40,409 bases of DNA from Acidobacteria bacterium AH-259-O06 (lineage in GTDB: Bacteria; Acidobacteriota; UBA6911; RPQK01; JADFOI01). The notes below the pieces were generated by a model. That model saw nothing but the letters and a program-made list of their open reading frames with translations. It did no database searches and was not told the origin of the DNA. This document shows, piece by piece, positions 32,233 to 40,409 of the stretch (its first letter is position 1; each line of letters opens with the position of its first letter). Location: the NCBI GenBank assembly GCA_027717865.1, contig JALLOM010000003.1:1-40409 (forward strand), read 5' to 3'. The translations under genes and the position numbers were made by a program.

Positions 32233-32257
32233 CCGCTCCTTCACAGTCGCGGCTCTG
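32233..32257. repeat. Solitary short palindromic REP-like unit
   Basis: ccgctccttcacagtcgcggctctg (CCGC...GCGG arms) resembles an intergenic repeat type I recall from Acidobacteria/Planctomycetes. Single copy in the window. Confidence 0.35.
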
Positions 32258-32319
32258 TTTTGCGGCTGCGCTACGACGCTCACCTTTGCGACACCCTCTT
32301 ACGGCTCTGTCCAGGTTTA

Positions 32320-33648
32320 TCAACCTCCTTCGGAGTCAAGTCGGCCTTGGCGTTTGAATCGTCGGGCTTTCAATTCATAGCGAGGTAGGGTGCGCGGGGC
32401 GACCATCTCAACTTCAATTCGCAGACCCAGTCGATTTCGAAGTTCTTCCTGAAGTTTCGTCTGGATCGATTCGCAGTGAGGCCGTGCTCTCGTGTTCACT
32501 TCCACCCGAAGGCGCATTTCCTCCATTCCCTGGTGGGTGAAAACCTCAGCCTCAAATTCTGCGACTTCCTTGAATCCTCTCACTACAGCTTCTACGGCGC
32601 TGGGGTACACATTGACGCCGCGAATGATCATCATATCGTCGGTGCGTGCCAATATACCGCCCAGCAAAGTTCTGAATTCCCGACCGCAGGCACAAGGCTT
32701 CGGCTGGCCGAGTCGAACCAGATCGCCCGTCCGGTAACGGATCACAGGAAATCCCCAGCGATTGAGACTGGTTAGGACGAGCTCTCCTGCTTCTCCAGGC
32801 TTTGCCGGCTCAAGGGTGCTTGGATTGATGCTTTCGCAGATAAAATCGAGTTCATTGATGTGAACGCCTCCGGGTTGACAGTGACATTCGAAACCATACG
32901 GTCCGACTTCCGAAGCTCCAATATGATCGAAGCATTTTGCTCCCCAGATCTCTTGAATCCTCTGCTTTGTGGAAGGAATGCTGGCTCCGGGCTCTCCTGC
33001 GTGAATGGTGATGCGGATGGGACTCGCGGACAAGTCAATTTCCTGTTCACGGGCCACTTCCGCCAAGTGAAGAGCGTAGCTGGGTGTGCAGACCAGCACT
33101 GTCGCCTGATGTTTGTAAATAGCCTCCAACCGCTGCAGCGAGCTCTGCCCTCCCCCCGTCATTACGCGCAAACCCAGTGCCGGCCCCGCCTCAAAGGCTG
33201 CCCAAAAACCCACGAAAGGTCCGAATGAAAAGGCGACAAAGACCCGGTCCACTGGGGTGATGCCCGCAGCACGAAAAATCAAACCCCAGCACTCTTTCCA
33301 ACTTTCCCAGCTCTCAATAGTGTCCAGAACAACTAGCGGTTTCCCGCTCGTGCCACTGGTCTGATGAAGACGAACGTATTTTTCCAATGGATAGGTGAGA
33401 TTCGACCCGTAGGGCGGATGGGACTCCGCATCTGCAATGAGTTCTGCTTTGGTTGTGAACGGGACTCGCTGCCAGTCCCCCACTTGGTATATTTCTTTGC
33501 AGCCAGCCTCCTGGAACTTGCGGCGATAGAAATGATTTTTTTCCAGGACAACTTCGAGCATCTCAGTCAATCGCGACCTTTGATGCTTCTCGAGCTCCGA
33601 CCGGCTGAGCGTTTCAAGTTGGGGATCAAAGAAGAAATCGTGATTCAC
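32320..33648 (-). CDS. Phenylacetate-CoA ligase (PaaK)-family AMP-dependent ligase
   Basis: VPFTTKAEL, HQTSGTSGKP, CTPSYALHL, GELVLTSL, IRYRTGDL, RTDDMMIIRGVNVYPS. Confidence 0.9.
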   Translation of the reverse strand: MNHDFFFDPQLETLSRSELEKHQRSRLTEMLEVVLEKNHFYRRKFQEAGCKEIYQVGDWQRVPFTTKAELIADAESHPPYGSNLTYPLEKYVRLHQTSGTSGKPLVVLDTIESWESWKECWGLIFRAAGITPVDRVFVAFSFGPFVGFWAAFEAGPALGLRVMTGGGQSSLQRLEAIYKHQATVLVCTPSYALHLAEVAREQEIDLSASPIRITIHAGEPGASIPSTKQRIQEIWGAKCFDHIGASEVGPYGFECHCQPGGVHINELDFICESINPSTLEPAKPGEAGELVLTSLNRWGFPVIRYRTGDLVRLGQPKPCACGREFRTLLGGILARTDDMMIIRGVNVYPSAVEAVVRGFKEVAEFEAEVFTHQGMEEMRLRVEVNTRARPHCESIQTKLQEELRNRLGLRIEVEMVAPRTLPRYELKARRFKRQGRLDSEGG

Positions 33649-33654
33649 GCCAAA

Positions 33655-34176
33655 TTACCGCTCCTCAGCCCGCAACTTGAAACGCTGAATTTTTCCAGCC
33701 GTGGTTTTGGGCAATTCCTTAACAAACTCAATCTCACGGGGATACTTGTAGGGCGTGATCCGCTGTTTGACAAACTCTTTAAGTTCTCGGCCCAGGTCTT
33801 CGCCGGCACTCCATCCCTCTTTGAGTACTACGAAGGCCTTGGGTTTGAGTAGCTCCTTTTCGTCCTTGCAGGGTACAACCGCTGACTCGAGCACGCCGGG
33901 ATGCTCAATCAACGTGTTCTCGACCTCAACCGGTGAGACCCACTGACCTGAAACCCGAAACATGTCGTCGGCGCGTCCGGCATACCAGAGATACCCGTCT
34001 TGGTCGGCATAGTACTTGTCGCCACTAAAGAACCATTCCCCACGCAACCGTTCCTTGCTCAGCTCGTATCGATTCCAATAGTAAGGTATTATACTCTTAC
34101 CTCACACCCATAAATCTCCCATTTCACCTGTTGGTAAATCACAAAACGCTTCATCGCTGATGCGGATGTCAGACAT
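33655..34176 (-). pseudogene. C-terminal remnant of a benzoate-CoA ligase-family enzyme
   Basis: Reads DIRISDEAFCDLPTGEMGDLWV*GKSIIPYYWNRYELSKERLRGEWFFSGDKY...GRADDMFRVSGQWVSPVEVE...LPKTTAGKIQRFKLR. In-frame TGA at 34104-34102; the N-terminal domain is absent. Confidence 0.85.
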
Positions 34177-34298
34177 CGTATTCCCTTGGCCATCCTGCTC
34201 TCCGTTGCCCATTCTACGCTGGCACCCCTACTGGCCCAATTCAAGAGGTTTGCAGGATCCTGCAAACCCTTTCGATTGCGGTCAGAAGGAGTGCCTTT

Positions 34299-34324
34299 TG
34301 AAACAGCACCGAGAGCAACCCGTA
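34299..34324 (+). promoter_or_regulatory. Putative ECF sigma promoter TGAAAC-N16-CGTA
   Basis: TGAAAC 34299-34304, 16-nt spacer, CGTA 34321-34324, upstream of ATG 34419. Confidence 0.6.
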
Positions 34325-34418
34325 AGAAACACTTGAGTAGGCGGAGGAAAGTTTTTGAGCTCCGGCTGCGTTCGGTGAACCTTGATTACTTGATTAAGGG
34401 ATAACTACATAAAAATTA

Positions 34419-37400
34419 ATGGTCTGCTTACCAATCTTGCTTTTTGCCAGCCTGTCGTTCTCCGGAGCTGAGAACTCCGAGCCTCTTGACCGAGTCCGGA
34501 GGGCCTTTGAGCTTCGAAAGGAACTGTTGACCAACTTCTCGGTGGAAGTACAGGGCCGATCCTCGGTGGACTTCGGCGGCACCCGCCGGCAGTTCGATTC
34601 CCATGAACTTCACTATGTCGGAGATAGTGGTGAATTCAGACGTGATGTGGTTCGCCTCAAGCTTGACGGGGTGCCGTTGGATTCTGCCGGTACGCGCCGC
34701 GGCCGAATGGGCAGCGGGCCGGGTAATCTCGCCCCACAGCTTCAGCGTCCGGATTTGTTGGCTGTGGTGGGCTTTCTTGACAAAGCCGAGGTCATTGGGC
34801 CAACCCGCTTGAATTCTGCCGATGTACTCGAGATTCGCATTCGACCCAAGATTCCGCGGCTTCAGATAGACCAGGGGAGACTGTGGGTGGATGCGGATTC
34901 CGGCATGCCGCTTCGGATCCAGCTTGAGTTCGGAATCGGTACCTTTATTGTCGACGCCCGCCTGACACGTGAATTCAGTTGGAACTCAGAACGGAAAATC
35001 ACACTAGCCCATAGTCAAAGCATCCAGATGTCCCTGAGTGGCTTTGGGAGGGGCGGTGGCTTTGGGCGAGGCGGTGGCCCCGGGGGAGGTTTTGGAAGTG
35101 CTGGTCGGCGGATTGAGGCTTCAACAAGATGGAACAACTATCAGTGGGGTTTGTCTTTTGAGAAGGATTTCTTCAGCGTAGAAAGTTCTCGCCAGCCTCA
35201 GCAGCAGCGAGCCCAACGTGCGGAACTTTCTGTAGAGGAAGACCCTTTTGAGGAGATCCGGATCCCGTCGCCACTTGACACACTGGGTACAAACTTCGAG
35301 GCGGAGCAAACTGATGAGATCCTCATTCAGGGCGCCTCCGTCCGCAGGGGTTTCGAATCTGGCGTGAGTGAAGGTGAGATCATGAGGCGTCTTCTAGGCG
35401 CGGGCGGAGGAGGGAGAGGAGGCAGAGGGGGGAGGGGAGGCAGAGGAGGCCTTCGCGCGGCGCGTATTGCAGGGTCTCGAGCGAATCGAATTCAAGGGAA
35501 TGTCACCGCAGGAATCTCCAGTTCCGCTCTGGACGCTAAGCCGTATTCACTCAACGGTCAGGAAACCTCTGACCCAGATTATCTTTCTTGGAGCGCCGGT
35601 GTCTCACTGGGCGGGCCTCTTCCAGGCTCCAGTTCCCCCCAGGGCCGTCCTCTCTTCAGAAGATCCCGATCGTCATTCTTTGTGGATTTCAACACCAATA
35701 GAGGTCAGAACCTACGGAACCGGTATGCATCTGTGCCAACGCTTCTGGAGCGTCAAGGTGACTTTTCACAGACCGTTTATCAATCGGGTCCTCTGGCAGG
35801 AGCTCTGGTTCAGATTTTTGACCCTCTTACAGGTTCCCCTTATTCAAACGCGGCCTTGCCCCTGCAGCAGATCAACTCAGCGGCTCTGGCGCTTCTCGAA
35901 TTCATTCCTTTACCCAACCGCCACGACCCTTTCCTCAACTTTCTCAACCAACAGACCCTGGATAACACACGGGATCGACTCAACCTGCGCCTGCTCTTTT
36001 CTTTATCGGACTCCTTGCGTTTGGCAGGTTCCTACAATGTAAATAGAACGGATGCTGACAACTTCAACGTCTTCCCGGATCTGAAGAGTCGACGCAGTGG
36101 GCTCGGTCAAAACATATCTTTGAGCATCAACCAAACGCCCAAACCAGGCTTCATTCACAATCTGGGGCTGCGGTGGAATCGGAACCGAAACGAGCTTCTC
36201 AATCCCTTCGCTTACCAACGCAATGTCAGCGGCGAATTGGGTATCAACAACACTTCGCACGACCCCATCGATTACGGTTTACCCACCATCCAGTTCACCA
36301 ATTACACTTCTTTAAACGATGGAAGATCGTCGTTGAATGTGCGTGAGAGAAACACCATCAGTGACAGTCTGCAATGGGTGAGGGGACGCCATTTCTTTCG
36401 ACTCGGGGGCGAGGTGAGTTGGAATCGATGGAATAACCTGGGCAATCCCGAAGGAAATGGTGCACAAACTTTCGCCGGAGTAGCCACCAGCTTGTATGTG
36501 CGAGATCGGCCGGTCCCAGGCACGGGTTACGATTTCGCCGATTTTCTCTTGGGGCTGTCCCAAAGCAGCCGAATCCAATTCGGCAACAGCGATCACTACC
36601 TGCGCAGACGCGAATTCGCGCTCTTCGTAAACGACAACTGGAGATTGAACTCCCGGTTTACCCTTCAATGGGGACTGCGCTATCAATTTGCCGGTCCTTG
36701 GACCGAACGGTACGGCCGTCTGGCTAATCTCGATGTGGGACCAGGATTCAGCGAAGCTGAAACAGTCATTCCCGGCAGCCAAGGCACTTTTTTCGGTGAG
36801 TTTCCGCGCGCCCTTGTCGAGAGCGACCGCAATAATGTAGCTCCCCGAATTGCCCTGGCCTATCGAATGAACTCAGGCAAGTGGGCCTCGATTTTGAGAG
36901 CAAATTACGGCGTGTTCTATCCCAACGAATCCTACAACTCATTAGCCAGCGAGCTCATATCACAGCCACCTTTTGGATTTGCACTTCAGGAAACCGTTCA
37001 AGGACGCGACTTCCTCGATATCCGAGAGGCCTTTTCAAATGAACTGCTCGAAGAAGTGCCCAACACTTATGCCGTCGACCCGCATTTTCGTCTTCCGACC
37101 GTTGCGAACTGGAACCTTTCTTGGCAACAATCACTTCCACTGCAGTTTTTCATCAGCGCTGGATACGCCGGATCGCGCGGAACAGGCCTGGAACTCTTGC
37201 GTGCCCCGAATCGGGTGAGGAACGGAAAACAGCAAATCGAAAATGCCGCTCAGTTCCTCTACTTGACCTCAGGTGCTTCCTCAACCTTTCACGGTCTTCA
37301 GCTGCTGGCAACTCGGCGCATGCGGTCCGGCTTTTCGGTGAATGTACGGTACGAGTTCGGGAAATCCCTCGACAACGCGTCTTCAATCGCGGGTCTGGGA

Positions 37401-38015
37401 AGGATCGTCGCGCAAGACGATAACAATCTGGATTCTGAGCGGGGCCGATCGCCTTTTGACGAAAGGCACAAGCTTCGGCTGAACTGGTTCTGGGAGGTTC
37501 CGTTCGGTAATCGCCATCGATGGTTCCGGGAGTCGGGATGGATAAACGCGATTTTGAGCAACTGGTTTGTCACGGGCACAGTAAGAGCGATCAGCGGACG
37601 CCCCTTTACCGCTCGTGTCCTGGGAAACCAGATCAACAACAGCGGCACTGCATCTCAGGCCAGTGAACGAGCCAGTGTGACCGGGGAGCCAGTCGGCCTA
37701 CCGTCTTCGCAGCGCAGCTCGAAGGAGTGGTTTAACACTACCGCGTTTCGTCTTCCCGAGTCCGGCACCTTTGGAGACGCCGGGCGCAATACAATCGACG
37801 GCCCGGGATCCTGGACTCTCGACCTGAACCTCGCCCGGTCAATTCCCTTGAATGACGAAGGTCGACGTCTCTTGGTTATGTTGCAGGCTTCCAACCTGTT
37901 CAATCACGTAAATTACGCCGGGTTGAATACCGTGGTGAATTCCATCGGCTTTGGACGAGTTACATCGGTAGGAGGCATGCGTCGAATCCAAGTGAATTTT
38001 CGGTTTATGTTCTAG
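34419..38015 (+). CDS. Oar/TonB-dependent-receptor-like outer-membrane beta-barrel with LolA-like N-terminal domain and Gly/Arg-rich linkers
   Basis: Signal peptide; SSALDAKPYSL, VPTLLERQGDFS, FADFLLG, FVNDNWR..SRFTLQWGLRY, DRNNVAPRI, FGDAGRNTIDGPG, NLFNHVNY; C-terminal Phe (RRIQVNFRFMF). Confidence 0.85.
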   Translation: MVCLPILLFASLSFSGAENSEPLDRVRRAFELRKELLTNFSVEVQGRSSVDFGGTRRQFDSHELHYVGDSGEFRRDVVRLKLDGVPLDSAGTRRGRMGSGPGNLAPQLQRPDLLAVVGFLDKAEVIGPTRLNSADVLEIRIRPKIPRLQIDQGRLWVDADSGMPLRIQLEFGIGTFIVDARLTREFSWNSERKITLAHSQSIQMSLSGFGRGGGFGRGGGPGGGFGSAGRRIEASTRWNNYQWGLSFEKDFFSVESSRQPQQQRAQRAELSVEEDPFEEIRIPSPLDTLGTNFEAEQTDEILIQGASVRRGFESGVSEGEIMRRLLGAGGGGRGGRGGRGGRGGLRAARIAGSRANRIQGNVTAGISSSALDAKPYSLNGQETSDPDYLSWSAGVSLGGPLPGSSSPQGRPLFRRSRSSFFVDFNTNRGQNLRNRYASVPTLLERQGDFSQTVYQSGPLAGALVQIFDPLTGSPYSNAALPLQQINSAALALLEFIPLPNRHDPFLNFLNQQTLDNTRDRLNLRLLFSLSDSLRLAGSYNVNRTDADNFNVFPDLKSRRSGLGQNISLSINQTPKPGFIHNLGLRWNRNRNELLNPFAYQRNVSGELGINNTSHDPIDYGLPTIQFTNYTSLNDGRSSLNVRERNTISDSLQWVRGRHFFRLGGEVSWNRWNNLGNPEGNGAQTFAGVATSLYVRDRPVPGTGYDFADFLLGLSQSSRIQFGNSDHYLRRREFALFVNDNWRLNSRFTLQWGLRYQFAGPWTERYGRLANLDVGPGFSEAETVIPGSQGTFFGEFPRALVESDRNNVAPRIALAYRMNSGKWASILRANYGVFYPNESYNSLASELISQPPFGFALQETVQGRDFLDIREAFSNELLEEVPNTYAVDPHFRLPTVANWNLSWQQSLPLQFFISAGYAGSRGTGLELLRAPNRVRNGKQQIENAAQFLYLTSGASSTFHGLQLLATRRMRSGFSVNVRYEFGKSLDNASSIAGLGRIVAQDDNNLDSERGRSPFDERHKLRLNWFWEVPFGNRHRWFRESGWINAILSNWFVTGTVRAISGRPFTARVLGNQINNSGTASQASERASVTGEPVGLPSSQRSSKEWFNTTAFRLPESGTFGDAGRNTIDGPGSWTLDLNLARSIPLNDEGRRLLVMLQASNLFNHVNYAGLNTVVNSIGFGRVTSVGGMRRIQVNFRFMF

Positions 38016-38121
38016 GTTTTCGGAGACAGGCATGGTGAAGCTGGCAGCAGACACTTCTTTGCATGGACTTTTTCGGCTGAATTGGCTTCTTCTTGCGGGC
38101 CTCTATGATGGGCGGAATCTA

Positions 38122-40162
38122 ATGCGGAATCTAATGCGGTTGGTTTGTGTTCTTATCTTTGGAGGATTTCTCGTTCTTCATCTGGCTGAACCGGTTCTTG
38201 GACAGAGACAACCGCGCTTTCGGGTGGCCTCCGATCTGATCCTGGTGGACGTACGGGTACGCGATTCGGATAATCGCCCCATCACGGGACTTAGGGCAGA
38301 GGATTTCCTCATTTTGGAGGAAGGGACGGTACAGGAGATCAGCTTCTTTCAGGAGATTGCCTTGCCTTTGACATCTTCTCGGTTGTACGAGGTGAGGACC
38401 GAAACGAATGCGGTGCCCATACAGGCTTCCTCGGATTCCCCGCAGCCCATGGCTTGGGAAAAGCGACTCCTGATTCTCCTTTTCAACTTCTCTACGGCCG
38501 GACTGCAGGATATCCAGATGATGCAGGAAGCAGCTCAAGAGTTCCTGGAAAAGCAGTTTACTTCCGACGATGCCGCCGCCGTTCTGGTTTTCAACAATGG
38601 TTTGGAAATGCTGACTGACTTCACTTCGGATCAGGCCATCTTGAGCCAAGCTCTTGCGCGTTTGCAGGGCAGCAACCCAGAACTCGACGTCTCACTTCCG
38701 GAAGAAGATCTGGAATCAGACGACAGCTTAGATTCAGAATTTGTAGCTGACGAAACCGAATTCGCTCTTTTCGAGACCAACCAGCAGCTCAGCGCGATTC
38801 AGTCTGTGGCGGATGCCTTTCGCGAGGTTCTGGGGCGCAAGGCGCTGATTTATTTCTCGGCCGGCCTCAGCAAGCAGGGGAATTGAAAACGACCAGCAAA
38901 TGCGTTGGACGACCGATTTGTGTAATCGCGCCAATATGAGTATTTACTCAGTGGATGCGAGGGGACTGGTGGCGCTCTCGCCTGGAGGAGGCGCTCATCG
39001 ATCAGGGCGCAGCGGTCTTGGAATTTTCAATGGAAGGGCATCCTTGAATCAGCTGGTCAGTCTCAGTCAATCTCAGGAGGGGTTGACTACGCTTGCCGCA
39101 GATACCGGTGGGGCCGCACTGATCGACGACAACGATCTCTCGAAGATTTTCCGGCGGGCCCGCGAAGATGCCAGTCACTACTATCTCATCGGTTACCAAA
39201 CTCTCACTCAACCAAACGACGGACGGTTTCGCAGGATTGAAGTGCGCTGCAAGATCAGTTATGCCAAGCTGGAATACCGCCGTGGTTACTACACAGACAA
39301 ACCCTACAAGAGTCTGAGCACATCGGAAAAGGAGTTCAAACTACTGCAAACAATCGTAGAAGACCTTCCCGTGTCGGATTTCCCATTGGAGATTGGCGCA
39401 GAATACTTTCCCGATTCCTCAGGTCAGTACCAGGTTCCAATTTTGCTGGCTTTCAACTACTCCCAAATGAGCAAACTCTTGGGTGCCAAGGACCTGAACC
39501 TGGAGTTAATTCTACTGGCCCGGGACCTCCAGGAGGTAACCCGAGCCGGAGTGCGAGACAACGTGCAGATCCGCAGACGTGGTGGTGATGCTGAAGTTCG
39601 ATTTGTTTATCAGAATCTTCTTGTGTTGGAGGCTGGACAGTATCAGCTCGCCGCCTATGTGAGGGACAACCGAAGCGGCATGATGTCACAAGCTCTCCAC
39701 GACTTGGATTTGCCCCCTTTCGGTCCAGTGCAACTAAGTTCCCTGGTCCTGGCAGGGGGGTGGAAAGAGCCAGATTCTCACTCAGGGTATCGAATCAAGA
39801 AAGGAAAACACGTCACCACACTACAGAATCCCCTTCAAGTAAGGGATCGTGTGCTGATCCCCCGCGTAGATAGCAATTTCAAGCAGCCGGAAACCCTCTA
39901 TCTTCATGGAAAAATTGGAATCGAGGAGGAGTTTCAGTCCGGAGATTATCGGATCATTTTACTCGACGAAGACCAAGAGAGATTATTTGAAAGTGAGTGG
40001 AAGACGCTCATGTCCGGCAACAACCGCCCACTGGACGTCAACGCCCGTTTTCCATTAAATCAGCTGGAACTTGGGAAGTATAAATTGGTTGTGGAAGTCC
40101 GTCTGAAGGACAGCAGCCAGACACATACGATGGTGAGAGATTTCAATGTGACCCCCTTCTGA
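38122..40162 (+). pseudogene. Acidobacterial-type VWA domain protein split by a 1-nt insertion (possible sequencing error)
   Basis: FRVASDLILVDVRVRD..PITGLRAEDFLILEEG, LTDFTSD, GRKALIYFSAG; continues in another frame as IENDQQMRWTTDLCNRANMSIYSVDARGL...LAADTGG...YYLIGY...DGRFRRIEV. One extra base in GGGGAATT at 38877-38884. Confidence 0.85.
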
Positions 40163-40409
40163 CCCTTGACGTGTACGGTCCATGGACAGCCACGATGTTG
40201 CAAACTTCGGCGGAACTGTCGAATTCCTCAAGGACAGGCCGGCTACCACAGCCCCAATAGAACCTCCGGCCTAGCCGCCTAGCCCTGCCCTTTACCCATA
40301 AAGATATGCGGGACAAATTCATGCATCTCCTGGATCTCTGAGTGCGAAGCCTTCACACATCAGCTGGAGTTGTGAGTAACCTTGCCACATCAACTCATGA
40401 CCCGGGGGC

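Noticed and set aside
28204-34104. Genome-wide stop-codon recoding suggested by in-frame TAG (28206-28204) and TGA (34104-34102)
   Set aside because: Both codons terminate many intact genes here, and the TGA lies in a truncated, decaying fragment.
40163-40409. Structured RNA or gene start at the right edge
   Set aside because: Only short imperfect repeats (gcctagcc x2); no recognisable RNA family or ORF.

Overview
Bacterial chromosomal window, probably Acidobacteriota-like (inferred from the Oar-type outer-membrane barrel, the acidobacterial-type VWA protein and the carboxypeptidase-like/TPR protein). Bases 1-~10.3 kb are a defence island: a minus-strand Type I R-M operon (hsdM-hsdS-hsdR, with hsdR running off the left edge), a truncated XRE antitoxin remnant, and a divergent three-gene cassette of SPPY amino-methyltransferase, stand-alone DUF262/ParB-like protein and RxxxxH HEPN-like protein. 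This cassette has no recognisable restriction endonuclease and is the best candidate for a poorly described anti-phage system. Sugar-gene remnants and a vapBC pair follow. The rest is backbone: hslVU, FN3 lipoprotein, transaldolase, acyl-CoA carboxylase (beta, BC, BCCP), thrC, YihY, ligA, a TPR protein, an exported sugar-oxidation cluster with an octaheme cytochrome, a Spy-like protein, a PaaK-like ligase, and a LolA-like/Oar barrel with a VWA partner. Non-coding signals: (i) a family of degenerate 7-mer tandem arrays that form long-range inverted pairs around genes, one of which sits in frame inside a lipoprotein signal peptide; (ii) a GTAG-type REPIN; (iii) the same GAAAC-N16-CGTA ECF-type promoter upstream of both the Spy-like gene and the barrel/VWA operon. 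Four genes carry single-base lesions that could be real decay or sequencing error. No rRNA, tRNA, CRISPR array, integrase or transposase was recognised. All calls are from motif reading by eye; no searches were run.
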